DNA from: Brevundimonas vancanneytii
Lineage (GTDB): Bacteria > Pseudomonadota > Alphaproteobacteria > Caulobacterales > Caulobacteraceae
Assembly (NCBI GenBank): GCA_943372125.1
Contig: CALRXI020000004.1
Coordinates: forward strand, 1,242-65,241
DNA: 64,000 nt
Direction: 5' to 3'
The position numbers and the translations under genes are program-made. The notes below the pieces were generated by a model. That model searched no databases. It saw nothing but the letters and a program-made list of their open reading frames with translations, and was not told the origin of the DNA. Shown piece by piece: positions 19,223-28,785 of the stretch (position 1 is the stretch's first letter; every line of letters starts with the position of its first letter).

Positions 19223-19972
19223 TCATTGCACCCCGAAAACGACGGTCAGGCGGCGCTCGATGCGAGTCGGGCCCGGCACGATCACGATGGGGGTCCTGGC
19301 GACGGTTGCGTTGCTGAGAGCGGGCACCGTGGCCAGATAGTCCACGATCACGCTCTCGCCCGAAGCGGCCTGGGGATCGGTAATCCTTAACGGAGCGCCC
19401 AGCGTCTGACCGGACGCCGCGGCGATGGCCTGCGCCTGGCGACGGGCGTCCTCGAAGGCGGCGCGGGCCGATCGTTCGCGCAGGTCTTGATCGTCGGCCA
19501 GATAGATGGAGACCAGTCGAGCATTGGGTGCGCCGTTCTGCGCGGCGATGGACACCGCATCGCCGCCGCGCGCGGCAGGTTGGGCGATCAAGGTCAGGCT
19601 GGAGGTGGCCGCATAGCCGACCACGGCACAGTCCGGGCTGGCCTGGTTGTAGCGCGCGCTCTGGCAATCAGGGGCATAGACGGCTCTGACGTCCGGAAGG
19701 CCGGTGGTCAGGTCGGATGCGGTCAGGCCGCTCAGCCCGGTCAGGGCCTCGGTGACCCTCGCCTGAAGCCGCACCAGTTCGCCAATGGCTTCATCCTGAC
19801 TGGGACCCCGACCCAGCAAACCGGCTTCCACGCGGAACGTGTCAGGCGCGGCCTCCGCACGGCCGACGCCGGAGACGACGATGGTTCTGGCCGAGGACGG
19901 CTCGTCCTGAGCGATGGCGGGATGCGCCATGGTCGCCACTGCGGCGACGGCCAGAAGGGCAATGGATTTCAC
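19223..19972 (-). CDS. Second, divergent SIMPL-domain protein
   Basis: Signal peptide; IVVSGVGRAEAAPD, AFEDARRQAQAIAAASGQTLG. GGAGAG RBS before GTG. Confidence 0.8.
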   Translation of the reverse strand: MKSIALLAVAAVATMAHPAIAQDEPSSARTIVVSGVGRAEAAPDTFRVEAGLLGRGPSQDEAIGELVRLQARVTEALTGLSGLTASDLTTGLPDVRAVYAPDCQSARYNQASPDCAVVGYAATSSLTLIAQPAARGGDAVSIAAQNGAPNARLVSIYLADDQDLRERSARAAFEDARRQAQAIAAASGQTLGAPLRITDPQAASGESVIVDYLATVPALSNATVARTPIVIVPGPTRIERRLTVVFGVQ

Positions 19973-20022
19973 GATGCGTCTCTCCCTGAACCGGGTCAGG
20001 GGAAGCCATCACGTCTCGGGCG

Positions 20023-20379
20023 TCAAGCCGCGCGCTTGATCGCGTTGCCGTCGTCCAGCAACACGACCGAAGGGCTCCACTGGCGAGCCTCTTCCTGGGG
20101 CATCTGGCCATAGGTGACCACGATGACCTTGTCGTTCTTCTGGACCAGACGGGCGGCGGCACCGTTGACGCCGATCACCTTTGAGCCGCGTGGAGCCTCG
20201 ATGGCATAGGTGGTGAAGCGCGCGCCATTGGTGATGTTCAGCACATCGACCTGTTCGTGCGGAAAGATGCCGGCAGCCTCCAGCAGCTCCATGTCGATGG
20301 CGATGGAGCCTTCATAGTCCAGATCGGCCTGGGTCACCGTCGCGCGGTGCAGTTTGGCCTTCATCATCGTGACCAGCAT
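20023..20379 (-). CDS. panD: Aspartate 1-decarboxylase
   Basis: [14 protein letters not shown] cleavage site, [14 protein letters not shown]. Confidence 0.97.
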   Translation of the reverse strand: MLVTMMKAKLHRATVTQADLDYEGSIAIDMELLEAAGIFPHEQVDVLNITNGARFTTYAIEAPRGSKVIGVNGAAARLVQKNDKVIVVTYGQMPQEEARQWSPSVVLLDDGNAIKRAA

Positions 20380-20593
20380 GGGAGTGCGGTCCATTCAGAC
20401 GCGGGGCGATAGGCCCCCGCTCGCAGGCGGCTGATATAGGGGTTTCGATGCGGCTCATCAATGCGCGTGTTGCAGCGCAGCGTAATGGTCGAGCGGCACG
20501 GTTGATTACGGGACCTTCATTTGACCGGGGCGGAGGCCGCCCTATGCTGGCCCCAGGGCCAGTGCCGGTCCGGATCAGGTTTTCGACGACACC

Positions 20594-22369
20594 ATGAAGC
20601 AATTCTTCCTGACCATGGGCGGCGTGTTCGCCGGCCTGCTGCTGTTTTTCGTGGTCATTCCGGTCGTCTTCATCAGCATCATCGTCGCCTCCGCCTCGTC
20701 CAAGCCGGCGACGCCCGGCAATACGGTGATCGAGCTGGACCTGCGCGAGGGCGTGACGGACCAGACGCCGACCAATCCGTTCGCGGCCTTCGGCGGCTCG
20801 GGCCTGTCGACGCTGCAGATCGTCGACACCCTGGCCCAGGCCGGGGACGACGCCAAGGTGAAGGGATTGCTGATCCGCCTGCCCGAGGCCGGGATGACGC
20901 CGGCCGCCGCCGATGAAATCCGCCAGGCCATTCGCCGCTTCCGCGCCAAGGGCAAGACGGTGATCGCCCACAGCCAGGGCTTCATGCCCATCGGCACCGC
21001 GGTCAGCAGCTATATGGTCGGCGCATCGGCGGACCAGCTGTGGATGCAGAACACCTCGGCCTTCCAGCTGGCGGGCTTTTCGGCGGACTCCATCTTCTTG
21101 GGCCGCGCCTTCGAACGCTATGGCGTCGATGCCCAGTTCGAGCAGCGCTACGAATACAAGAACGCCGTCAACGAGTTCACCGAGAGCGACTTCACGCCCG
21201 AGCACCGCGAGGCGATGTCGGCCTGGATGACGTCCATCTATACGACCTCGCTGGCCAATGCGGCCCAGGATCGCAAGCAGACGCCGCAGGCCCTGCGTGC
21301 CGTGATCGAGGCCGGCCCCTATTCCTCGGCCCAGGCGTTGCAGAACCGTCTGATCGACAAGATCGGTCAGGTCGAGGAGGCCGAGGCCGAGATCAAGCGT
21401 CTGGCGGGCAGCGGCTCCGAGCTGATGGAGTTTTCCGACTATGCCTCGTCCAAGGGCGAGCGCACCGGATCGGGCAGTTCGGCCATCGCCATCGTGGGCG
21501 GTGAAGGCGCGATCATGACGGGTACGGGCAGCGGCGGCTTCGGCGGCGGCTCGCAGATCAGTTCCGACGACACGGCCGAGGCCATCTATCAGGCGATCGA
21601 GGACGATGCCGTGAAGGCCATCGTCTTCCGCGTCTCCTCGCCCGGCGGCTCGCCCGATGCCTCGGAGCAGATCCTGGCGGCGGTGCGCGCGGCCCGGGCG
21701 GCCGGCAAGCCGGTGGTGGTGTCGATGGGCGACTATGCGGCGTCGGGTGGCTACTGGATCAGTTCGGAAGCCGACTGGATCGTGGCCCAGCCCTCGACCC
21801 TGACCGGTTCCATCGGGGTGTTCGGCGGCAAGTTCGTGCTGGCGGATGCGCTGGGCCGGTTCGGCGTAGACATGCGCGGCCTGTCGGTCGGCGGGGAGTA
21901 TGCCAGCGCCTTCTCGCCGTCGGAGCCCTTTACCCCGGCGCAGCGCACGGCCTTCGCGGCCCAGATCGACCGGACCTATGACGAGTTCATCACGCGTGTG
22001 GCCACGGGCCGCAAGCTGTCCCCCGACCGGGTGCGCCAGATCGCGCGCGGCCGGGTCTGGACGGGCGCGCAGGCTCAGGGTCTGGGCCTGGTCGATCAGC
22101 TGGGCGGCCTGACCGAGGCGGTCGCCAAGGCGCGGGAGCTGGCGAAAATTCCGACCGGCGATTCGGTCCGGTTCAAACGCTATCCGACGCCGCAGTCGCC
22201 ATTCGAGGCCCTGTCCGATGCGTTCGGCGTGTCCAGCGAGGCGGCGAAGGTTCTGGTCGGTATCGGCGGCGTGATGAATGATCCGCAGGCCGAGGCCCTG
22301 GTGCGCCGGGTCCAGGCCGATCGGGCGCGGGCGTCGGGAGCGACGGTGCTGGCCGATCAGCCGTACTGA
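20594..22369 (+). CDS. sppA: Signal peptide peptidase SppA (long form)
   Basis: N-terminal TM; YKNA, RVSSPGGS, AASGGYW, TGSIGV, GRVWTG. Confidence 0.95.
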   Translation: MKQFFLTMGGVFAGLLLFFVVIPVVFISIIVASASSKPATPGNTVIELDLREGVTDQTPTNPFAAFGGSGLSTLQIVDTLAQAGDDAKVKGLLIRLPEAGMTPAAADEIRQAIRRFRAKGKTVIAHSQGFMPIGTAVSSYMVGASADQLWMQNTSAFQLAGFSADSIFLGRAFERYGVDAQFEQRYEYKNAVNEFTESDFTPEHREAMSAWMTSIYTTSLANAAQDRKQTPQALRAVIEAGPYSSAQALQNRLIDKIGQVEEAEAEIKRLAGSGSELMEFSDYASSKGERTGSGSSAIAIVGGEGAIMTGTGSGGFGGGSQISSDDTAEAIYQAIEDDAVKAIVFRVSSPGGSPDASEQILAAVRAARAAGKPVVVSMGDYAASGGYWISSEADWIVAQPSTLTGSIGVFGGKFVLADALGRFGVDMRGLSVGGEYASAFSPSEPFTPAQRTAFAAQIDRTYDEFITRVATGRKLSPDRVRQIARGRVWTGAQAQGLGLVDQLGGLTEAVAKARELAKIPTGDSVRFKRYPTPQSPFEALSDAFGVSSEAAKVLVGIGGVMNDPQAEALVRRVQADRARASGATVLADQPY

Positions 22370-22481
22370 GACGAAACGACGCCCTGCACCGACCTGTGAT
22401 GCGTCGGTCATTGACGGTTCATGTCGATGGACCGACATTGCGACCGAGACGTTCTTTGCAGCGTCCATTTTAGGTGAAGAC

Positions 22482-22802
22482 ATGAGCCCGTCCGACCGCA
22501 TCGCCCTCGGCCCCCAAGGCCGCCGTCCCTCCGGCAACCTGTTCGCGCCGGTGCTGTGGCTTGGCGGCGTGATCGCGACCATGGTGGCCATGGCGGTCGG
22601 TGCGGTCCTGGCCGTTTTCGCCGCCGCAGCGGTCGCGGTGTTCGCTGTGTTTGCCGCTGTGCTGGTCTTCTTCGCCGGACTGGCCCTGAGGGCGCGTCGC
22701 CGGATGACGGTGCGCAACCGCCGCGCCGACGACGGCGTCATCGAGGCGCGGAAGGTCGACGGCGCCTGGGTCGCCTATGGCTGGGAGCGGACGGGCCGCT
22801 AG
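22482..22802 (+). CDS. Conserved hypothetical membrane protein
   Basis: Long hydrophobic stretch followed by VIEARKVDGAWVAYGW. AGGTG RBS before ATG 22482. Confidence 0.7.
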   Translation: MSPSDRIALGPQGRRPSGNLFAPVLWLGGVIATMVAMAVGAVLAVFAAAAVAVFAVFAAVLVFFAGLALRARRRMTVRNRRADDGVIEARKVDGAWVAYGWERTGR

Positions 22803-22820
22803 AGACGTTCAGGGAGGATC

Positions 22821-23582
22821 ATGTTGATCGTCCGCGACGTCCCGTCCCCGAATTTCGATGCCCGGCGCGGCCCGCCGGACATGCTGGTCCTCCACTATAC
22901 CGGCATGCAGACCGCCGAGGCCGCGATCGCGCGCCTGTGCGACCCCGAGGCGAAGGTATCGGCCCACTATGTCGTCGACGAGGACGGCTTTATCCTGAAA
23001 ATGGTTCCGGAGGAACGGCGGGCCTGGCATGCCGGCCGGGGCGTTTGGCTGGGCGAGACCGACTGCAACACCGCCTCCATCGGCATCGAGATCGTCAATC
23101 CGGGCCATGAGTTCGGCTATCGCGACTTTCCAGAAGTTCAGGTCGATGCGGTGATCAGCCTGATCGCCGACATCCGCACCCGCTGGACCATCCCCGACAA
23201 CCGCATCATCGCCCACTCCGACCTGGCGCCTGAGCGCAAGCAGGATCCGGGCGAGCGGTTTCCGTGGAAGCGGCTGGCAGGCGCCGGCCACGGCCTGTGG
23301 TTCGAACCGGCGCAGGAGCGGGTCGCCGCCCTGGGCGTGCCGCTGAAGGTCGGGGACGAGGGGCTGGGCGTCATCGTCCTGCGCGCCGGCCTGCACCGCC
23401 TGGGCTATGGCCTGCCCCCGGGGGGTGACTATGACGAAGCGACCCGCCTGACCGTCGAGGCCTTCCAGCGCCACTGGCGACCGGCGCAGGTGGACGGCGT
23501 GGCGGACGGCGAGACGCGCGCGACGTTGATGGGCGTGCTGCAACTGGCGACGGCGGAGAGCACGACCGGGGTGCTGAATTAG
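22821..23582 (+). CDS. N-acetylmuramoyl-L-alanine amidase (Amidase_2) with peptidoglycan-binding domain
   Basis: VLHYT, SAHY, RAWHAG, SIGIE, HSD, RKQDPG, AFQRHWRP. Confidence 0.93.
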   Translation: MLIVRDVPSPNFDARRGPPDMLVLHYTGMQTAEAAIARLCDPEAKVSAHYVVDEDGFILKMVPEERRAWHAGRGVWLGETDCNTASIGIEIVNPGHEFGYRDFPEVQVDAVISLIADIRTRWTIPDNRIIAHSDLAPERKQDPGERFPWKRLAGAGHGLWFEPAQERVAALGVPLKVGDEGLGVIVLRAGLHRLGYGLPPGGDYDEATRLTVEAFQRHWRPAQVDGVADGETRATLMGVLQLATAESTTGVLN

Positions 23583-23767
23583 GGGGGCGGCCGAGAGTGC
23601 GAGCTTCCCAGCCTCAGAGGATGTCCGACACGTTTGCTTCCCAAAATACCCGGCCAAGGTCCGCTTTCGGCGTTGAAGTCGGCGACCGCTCTCGACCCAA
23701 AAGCGAAGTTCGCAATGTCAGCTTAGAAGCGACGTGTTCGTGCCCCGCCACTAAGCGGGCCGGTGCA

Positions 23768-24319
23768 TTATCCTTGGATCCTCTCTTGATGAAATTGGCG
23801 CGCTCTGCGTAAGGCGCTTTCTTCAGTCGAGCCATCCCAGCTGAAATCCAGAAGTCTCTGAACACCATCCTTGGAGAATGACAGATGGACTAAGTCCGGT
23901 CGGATTCTCGTTGATGCCCAGTCGAAGATGAATCCGTCGTCGATGCTCGACCCGACAAATACCTCGGCAACAAGGCGCTCCACTCTTCGGCTTGTATTCT
24001 CCCATGAGCGATCCGAGGCGAGGCCGGACACCACGTCGTCGTAGTGTTGTGTGTTGAAGGAAAGACTGTTCCACAGAGTTGTTTCGCCTTCACGACGGAA
24101 GGTGACGACTACATCATCGCAGCCCACCGCCCCACACTCGCAGCGTCCCACGACAACTTTTCGATCGCTTTCTTGATTGGTTAGTTGTGCGACGAGCTCC
24201 GGCGGATCGACCCCGAGGTGATCGGGACCTAACCAGTCTTGGTCATCAACAATGATCCGCACCTCACTGTCGTTGGAGGCGGGACTCGGACGGATTTCGA
24301 AGCGGAGCCGGTTGGCCAT
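23768..24319 (-). CDS. Hypothetical protein (orphan, lower GC; alternative TTG start 24325)
   Basis: 184-codon ORF with a CECGAVGC motif and AT-richer codons than its neighbours. Confidence 0.65.
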   Translation of the reverse strand: MANRLRFEIRPSPASNDSEVRIIVDDQDWLGPDHLGVDPPELVAQLTNQESDRKVVVGRCECGAVGCDDVVVTFRREGETTLWNSLSFNTQHYDDVVSGLASDRSWENTSRRVERLVAEVFVGSSIDDGFIFDWASTRIRPDLVHLSFSKDGVQRLLDFSWDGSTEESALRRARQFHQERIQG

Positions 24320-24421
24320 CGCCAATTAGTAGGGCACGAGATTGTCTGCGGCAACGCGGCCCGAGCTACAATGACCGCAATCCACCCATAGCGGACCTTC
24401 GCGAAGTCTGTTGAGCCGGCG

Positions 24422-24452
24422 TTGACCTGCGCGCTGCAAAAGCGCACCTAGC
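24422..24452 (+). promoter_or_regulatory. Probable sigma70 promoter of rnpB
   Basis: TTGACC at 24422 and a weak -10 (CCTAGC) just before the rnpB 5' end. Confidence 0.45.
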
Positions 24453-24456
24453 GGCC

Positions 24457-24835
24457 GTCAGACGGCCGGGCGGTCGCGGCGGGGGTTTCGGCCGCTGTCG
24501 AGGAAAGTCCGGGCTCCACGGTGAAAAGGCGGCGGGTAACGCCCGCCCGGGGTGACCCGAGGGATAGCGCCACAGAAAGCAAACCTCCGGACCTGCGGGA
24601 CCGGTAAGGGTGAAAGGGTGGGGTAAGAGCCCACCGCGTCTCTGGTAACAGCGACGGCATGGCAAGCCCCGCCTGGAGCAAGACCGAATAGGGACGTTGC
24701 GCAAGTTCGCTTGCAGGGCTCACCGCCCCAGACGTCCGGGTAGGTCGCGAGAACCGTCCAGCGATGGGCGGTCCAGATGAATGATCGTCGCTGCATCTCG
24801 GTGCGGAACAGAACCCGGCTTACAGGCCGTCTGAC
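24457..24835 (+). ncRNA. rnpB: RNase P RNA, bacterial type A
   Basis: GAGGAAAGTCCGGGCTC near the 5' end and ACAGAACCCGGCTTA near the 3' end. Terminal P1 helix GTCAGACGGCC / GGCCGTCTGAC. Confidence 0.97.
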
Positions 24836-24856
24836 ATTCTTTCTTTGAAGTGGAAG

Positions 24857-24898
24857 AGCGCTAACGCTCGCGACGTGGTCGCTCGCTGCTTGAGCGCT
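24857..24898 (-). repeat. 42-nt CTCAAGCAGCGA hairpin element, intergenic copy
   Basis: Minus strand reads AGCGCTCAAGCAGCGAGCGACCACGTCGCGAGCGTTAGCGCT. Confidence 0.8.
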
Positions 24899-25061
24899 TT
24901 CCTCCCCATTCGCATTGCGAAAGGGGAGGTGAGGCCGTTAACGCCTGTGTCAGCATCGGGGCGCGATAACAGTCCACAGCCTGTCTATACTTTGCCTGTT
25001 CCGTGTATGTTCACGTTCTTACTGCCCTTCCGAGCGCAATTGAGGTTAATCCTCGTCAACT

Positions 25062-25100
25062 AATCCCATTGAGACCCATTCCATCCCATGCTATCCCATT
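25062..25100 (-). promoter_or_regulatory. MraZ-binding (dcw box) direct repeats
   Basis: Four CCCAT (ATGGG on the minus strand) at 25065, 25075, 25085 and 25095: exact 10-bp period, upstream of mraZ. Confidence 0.8.
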
Positions 25101-25182
25101 CGCACTGAGTGGGGTGAGGCGTGCGCCGAACGGCGTCAATCGGATCAGAGGGGCGGGTCGAAAGGCCCGAGTTGGGGCAATC

Positions 25183-25638
25183 GTGTTTCTCGGAACCTAT
25201 GAGAAACAGTTGGACGGAAAGCGGCGCCTGCTGATCCCGCAGGAGTTCCGCACCGCCGACAACGGGGCCCAGAACGGCGTCTTCTGCTTCTTTTCCATCG
25301 CTTCGGATTGCCTGGAGGCCGGCGGTGACCGGCTGATGGCCGAATATGTCGCCCGCATCGAAGCCCTGCCGTTCGGCAGCGACGAACGCACCGCCATGGA
25401 AGAGGCCTTCTATGCCGCCCAGCGCCCGCTGTCCTACGACAGCGGTGGCCGCATCACCCTGCCGGAAGGTCTGTGCCAGGAGGCCGGGCTGGGCGAGGAT
25501 GTGGTGATCGCCGGCATGGGGCCGCGCTTCCAGATCTGGGACCGCAAGGCGTGGAACGCCCGCCGCGCCGCCAGTCGCGCCCTGGCCCGCAAGGTCATGA
25601 ACGGCGAGACGACGCGGGCCGCAGGGGAGGGGGCATGA
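25183..25638 (+). CDS. mraZ: Division/cell wall cluster transcriptional repressor MraZ
   Basis: [36 protein letters not shown] start. Confidence 0.93.
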   Translation: MFLGTYEKQLDGKRRLLIPQEFRTADNGAQNGVFCFFSIASDCLEAGGDRLMAEYVARIEALPFGSDERTAMEEAFYAAQRPLSYDSGGRITLPEGLCQEAGLGEDVVIAGMGPRFQIWDRKAWNARRAASRALARKVMNGETTRAAGEGA

Positions 25639-26603
25639 CGGCCGCGCCTCACGCCCCGGTCCTGCTGGACGAAGTGATCGACGCTCTTGCGCCAAAAGCC
25701 GGCGATGTGATCATCGACGCCACCTTCGGGGCCGGCGGCTATACGCGTGCCATACTGGCGACCGGCGCGACCGTGATCGCCCTGGACCGCGACCCGACGG
25801 TCCAGCCGCATGCCGACGCCGTGGCCAACGACTATCCCGGCAAGTTCCAGCTGGTCCGCACGCCGTTTTCCGGCCTGGCCGAGGCCTTCGCCGGGACGGG
25901 CGAGGCGCGTCTGGACGGGGTGGTGTTCGACATCGGCGTGTCCTCGATGCAGCTGGATCAGGCCGAGCGCGGCTTTTCCTTCATGCGCGACGGGCCGTTG
26001 GACATGCGCATGTCTGATGAAGGTGAGACGGCCGCCGACATCGTCAACACCTGGGACCACGGGCCGATGGCCCATATTTTCAAACTGTATGGCGACGAGC
26101 GTCAGTCGGGCCGCGTCGCCACCGCCATCCTGCGCCGCAGGGTCGAAAAGCCGTTCGAGCGGACGCTGGATCTGGCCGCCGTGGTCGAAAAGGCCCTGGG
26201 CGGACGTCGCGGGGCCGCCATCCATCCGGCAACGCGCGTGTTCCAGGCCCTGCGCATCGCGGTCAATGACGAGCTGGGCGAGCTGCGCGCCGGGCTGGAG
26301 GCGGCCGAGGCGACGCTGGCCCCCGGTGGCCGTCTGGCCGTCGTCACCTTCCACTCGCTGGAGGACCGCATCGTCAAGGCCTTCCTGACCGAGCGGACCG
26401 GCAATGCGCCGGGTGGATCGCGTCATGCACCGGTCGCCGTCGACACCCGCAAGCCCAGCTTCACCCTGGCGTTCAAGGGCGCGCGAGAGGCGGGCGAGGC
26501 CGAGCTGGCCACCAATCCCCGCGCTCGATCGGCCAAGCTGCGCGCAGCGGTGCGGACCGACGCCGCGCCGTGGGGCCCAATCGACGGAAAGGTGGCCGCA
26601 TGA
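25635..26603 (+). CDS. rsmH: 16S rRNA m4C1402 methyltransferase
   Basis: [50 protein letters not shown]. Confidence 0.97.
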   Translation: MTAAPHAPVLLDEVIDALAPKAGDVIIDATFGAGGYTRAILATGATVIALDRDPTVQPHADAVANDYPGKFQLVRTPFSGLAEAFAGTGEARLDGVVFDIGVSSMQLDQAERGFSFMRDGPLDMRMSDEGETAADIVNTWDHGPMAHIFKLYGDERQSGRVATAILRRRVEKPFERTLDLAAVVEKALGGRRGAAIHPATRVFQALRIAVNDELGELRAGLEAAEATLAPGGRLAVVTFHSLEDRIVKAFLTERTGNAPGGSRHAPVAVDTRKPSFTLAFKGAREAGEAELATNPRARSAKLRAAVRTDAAPWGPIDGKVAA

Positions 26604-27031
26604 CCGTTCCCGCCGTCGTTCAACGCGTATTCGCCTGGAAGGTCCGCGGCATTCGCTGGGTCGAGATCATCGGCGTCATTCTGGTCGCCCTGATGGTCCT
26701 GTCCGTCTATGTCGCCAAGGCGGCGGCGGCGCGCCAGAGCAGCGACATCGCCGACATGGAGCGCCAGATTGCCTCCAACGGCGAGCGGGTCCGTCTGCTG
26801 AGTGCCGAGGTCGCGCGTCTGGAACAGCCCGCTCGTCTGGAGGCCCTGTCGCGCGAGGCGGGCCTGGGGCCCGTCGATGTGCATCGCCAGGCGACGGAGC
26901 AGGGCCTGCCGCTGATCGCGCCGGAGCCTGATCCTCGCCCCGTGGTCATCGCGCCCCCACCCGCCGGTCCTGCGCCGATCGCGGAAGGGCAGGCAGCGGT
27001 GCCGGAAGCGCCTGCGGAGGTCGCGCAATGA
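26600..27031 (+). CDS. ftsL: Cell division protein FtsL
   Basis: Position between rsmH and ftsI; TM segment followed by a coiled coil ([19 protein letters not shown]). Confidence 0.85.
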   Translation: MTVPAVVQRVFAWKVRGIRWVEIIGVILVALMVLSVYVAKAAAARQSSDIADMERQIASNGERVRLLSAEVARLEQPARLEALSREAGLGPVDVHRQATEQGLPLIAPEPDPRPVVIAPPPAGPAPIAEGQAAVPEAPAEVAQ

Positions 27032-28785
27032 GCGTGCATGATCCGCATCATCAGGCCTGGAGCCGTCCAGCCCCGGGCGTATCCAGGTTGGGTGAACTGT
27101 CGCGCAAGCTGCCGTCCTGGCGCTGGCTGGGCGAGGCCATGTGGTGGGTCGAGCATGCGTTCGGACGGGCGCGGACCGATGCGCGACCCGAAGAGGATAC
27201 GCGGGTTCGTATCCTGCTGATCCGCTGGCTGTTCGCGGGCGTCTTCTTCTGTCTGGCGCTAGGTGCGGCCAAGGCGGCGCTGTGGGGACCGCAGGTCGGG
27301 GTCGGTAGCGCGTCGCATCCGAATGCTACGATGCGGGCCGATATCGTCGATCGCAACGGGGCTCTGCTGGCCGCCAACATCACCCACTATGGCCTCTATA
27401 TCGATCCGTCGGAAGTCTGGGACCGACCGGCCACGATCGCGGCCATCAAGAAGGCCGTGCCACGTATCCGGATGAGCCGTCTGACCCGCGCCGTGAACGG
27501 CGATCGCCGGGTTCTGGCCCTGGCCCGTCTGACGCCCGCCGAGCGCGCCCGCGTCCACGATCTGGCCCTGGGTGGCCTGACGTTCGAGCCGGAGGATGTT
27601 CGCGTCTATCCGCTGGGCCAGTCCGCCCGCCACGTCGTCGGCAGCGTCGAGGAGGGCGGCGAGGTCGGCCTGTCGGGCGTGGAGAAGGCGTTCGATGCCG
27701 AGGTTCGCGCCGCCGGTGCGCGCGGCGAAACCTTCCAGACCTCTATCGACCTGCGCATCCAGGGCGTGCTGGAAAACGAGCTGGCCGCCATGGCTCTGGA
27801 AACCCAGGCCAAGGGCGCGGTCGGCATCATCACCGACGTCCAGACGGGCGAGGTTCTGGGCATGGCCAGCTGGCCGGGCACCAACTCGCGCAACCTGGCC
27901 GCCAGCGCGACCTATGAGATGGGGTCCGTCTTCAAGACCTTCACCGTCGCCGCCGCCATCGACACCGGTCGGGCCGACATGCACACCATGCTGGACGCCT
28001 CCGAGGCGCTTCAGATCGGCAATCGCCGCATCAAGGATTTCCATGCCCAGAACAAGGTGATGTCGCTGGAGGAGGTTTATCTCCACTCGTCCAACATCGG
28101 CACCTCGCGCCTGGCGACCGAGATGGGCCCGGCGGTCATGCGCGACTACTTCCAGCGCTTCGGTTTGATGGAGCGGGCGCCGTTCGAGATCGCGTCCGAG
28201 GCCCCGATCACGCCGCGCGGATGGACGGATTCGACCCTGGCGTCGCTGTCGTTCGGCTACAACATCTCGATCACGCCCTTGCAGATGGCGGCCGCCATGC
28301 AGGCCATGACCAATGGCGGGCGGTTCATTCCCCTGACCCTGCGCAAGGGTGGTCGGCCCGATGCGCCGGTGCGCCAGATCATTTCGCCCGAGACGTCGCT
28401 GACCATGCTGGACCTGATGCGGCGCAACGTCGTCAACGGCTCGGGCACCCGGGCCGATGCGCCGGGCCTGCGGGTCGGGGGCAAGACCGGATCGGCGAAC
28501 AAGTCGGTCAATGGACGCTATTCGACCGCCCACGCCATCGGCACCTTTGCCGGAGTGTTCCCCGCCGACGGCCCGGTCAATGCGCGGCGCTATCAGATCC
28601 TGATCCTGATGGATGAGCCCCAGACCTATCCGCGCACGGGCGGCTTCGTCGCTGCACCGGCCGTCGGCCGGATCGCCGATCGCATCGCGCCCTTCCTGGG
28701 CGTCCAACGCCGGGCCGATGTCTGGCGTACCGCCACCGGCGAGCGTTTGCCGACCTATGAGGACGTCGAAGGGGACGGGCGATGA
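27028..28785 (+). CDS. ftsI: Penicillin-binding protein 3 (FtsI)
   Basis: RADIVDRNG, RVYP, YEMGSVFK (SxxK), SSN, KTG. Confidence 0.95.
   Translation: MSVHDPHHQAWSRPAPGVSRLGELSRKLPSWRWLGEAMWWVEHAFGRARTDARPEEDTRVRILLIRWLFAGVFFCLALGAAKAALWGPQVGVGSASHPNATMRADIVDRNGALLAANITHYGLYIDPSEVWDRPATIAAIKKAVPRIRMSRLTRAVNGDRRVLALARLTPAERARVHDLALGGLTFEPEDVRVYPLGQSARHVVGSVEEGGEVGLSGVEKAFDAEVRAAGARGETFQTSIDLRIQGVLENELAAMALETQAKGAVGIITDVQTGEVLGMASWPGTNSRNLAASATYEMGSVFKTFTVAAAIDTGRADMHTMLDASEALQIGNRRIKDFHAQNKVMSLEEVYLHSSNIGTSRLATEMGPAVMRDYFQRFGLMERAPFEIASEAPITPRGWTDSTLASLSFGYNISITPLQMAAAMQAMTNGGRFIPLTLRKGGRPDAPVRQIISPETSLTMLDLMRRNVVNGSGTRADAPGLRVGGKTGSANKSVNGRYSTAHAIGTFAGVFPADGPVNARRYQILILMDEPQTYPRTGGFVAAPAVGRIADRIAPFLGVQRRADVWRTATGERLPTYEDVEGDGR

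Noticed and set aside
24366-24796. Several ORFs on the minus strand
   Set aside because: They are antisense to the RNase P RNA gene.
25044-25060. CtrA box upstream of mraZ (GGTTAATCCTCGTCAAC)
   Set aside because: Only one good half-site, and the spacing to the second is off by one. Too weak to call.
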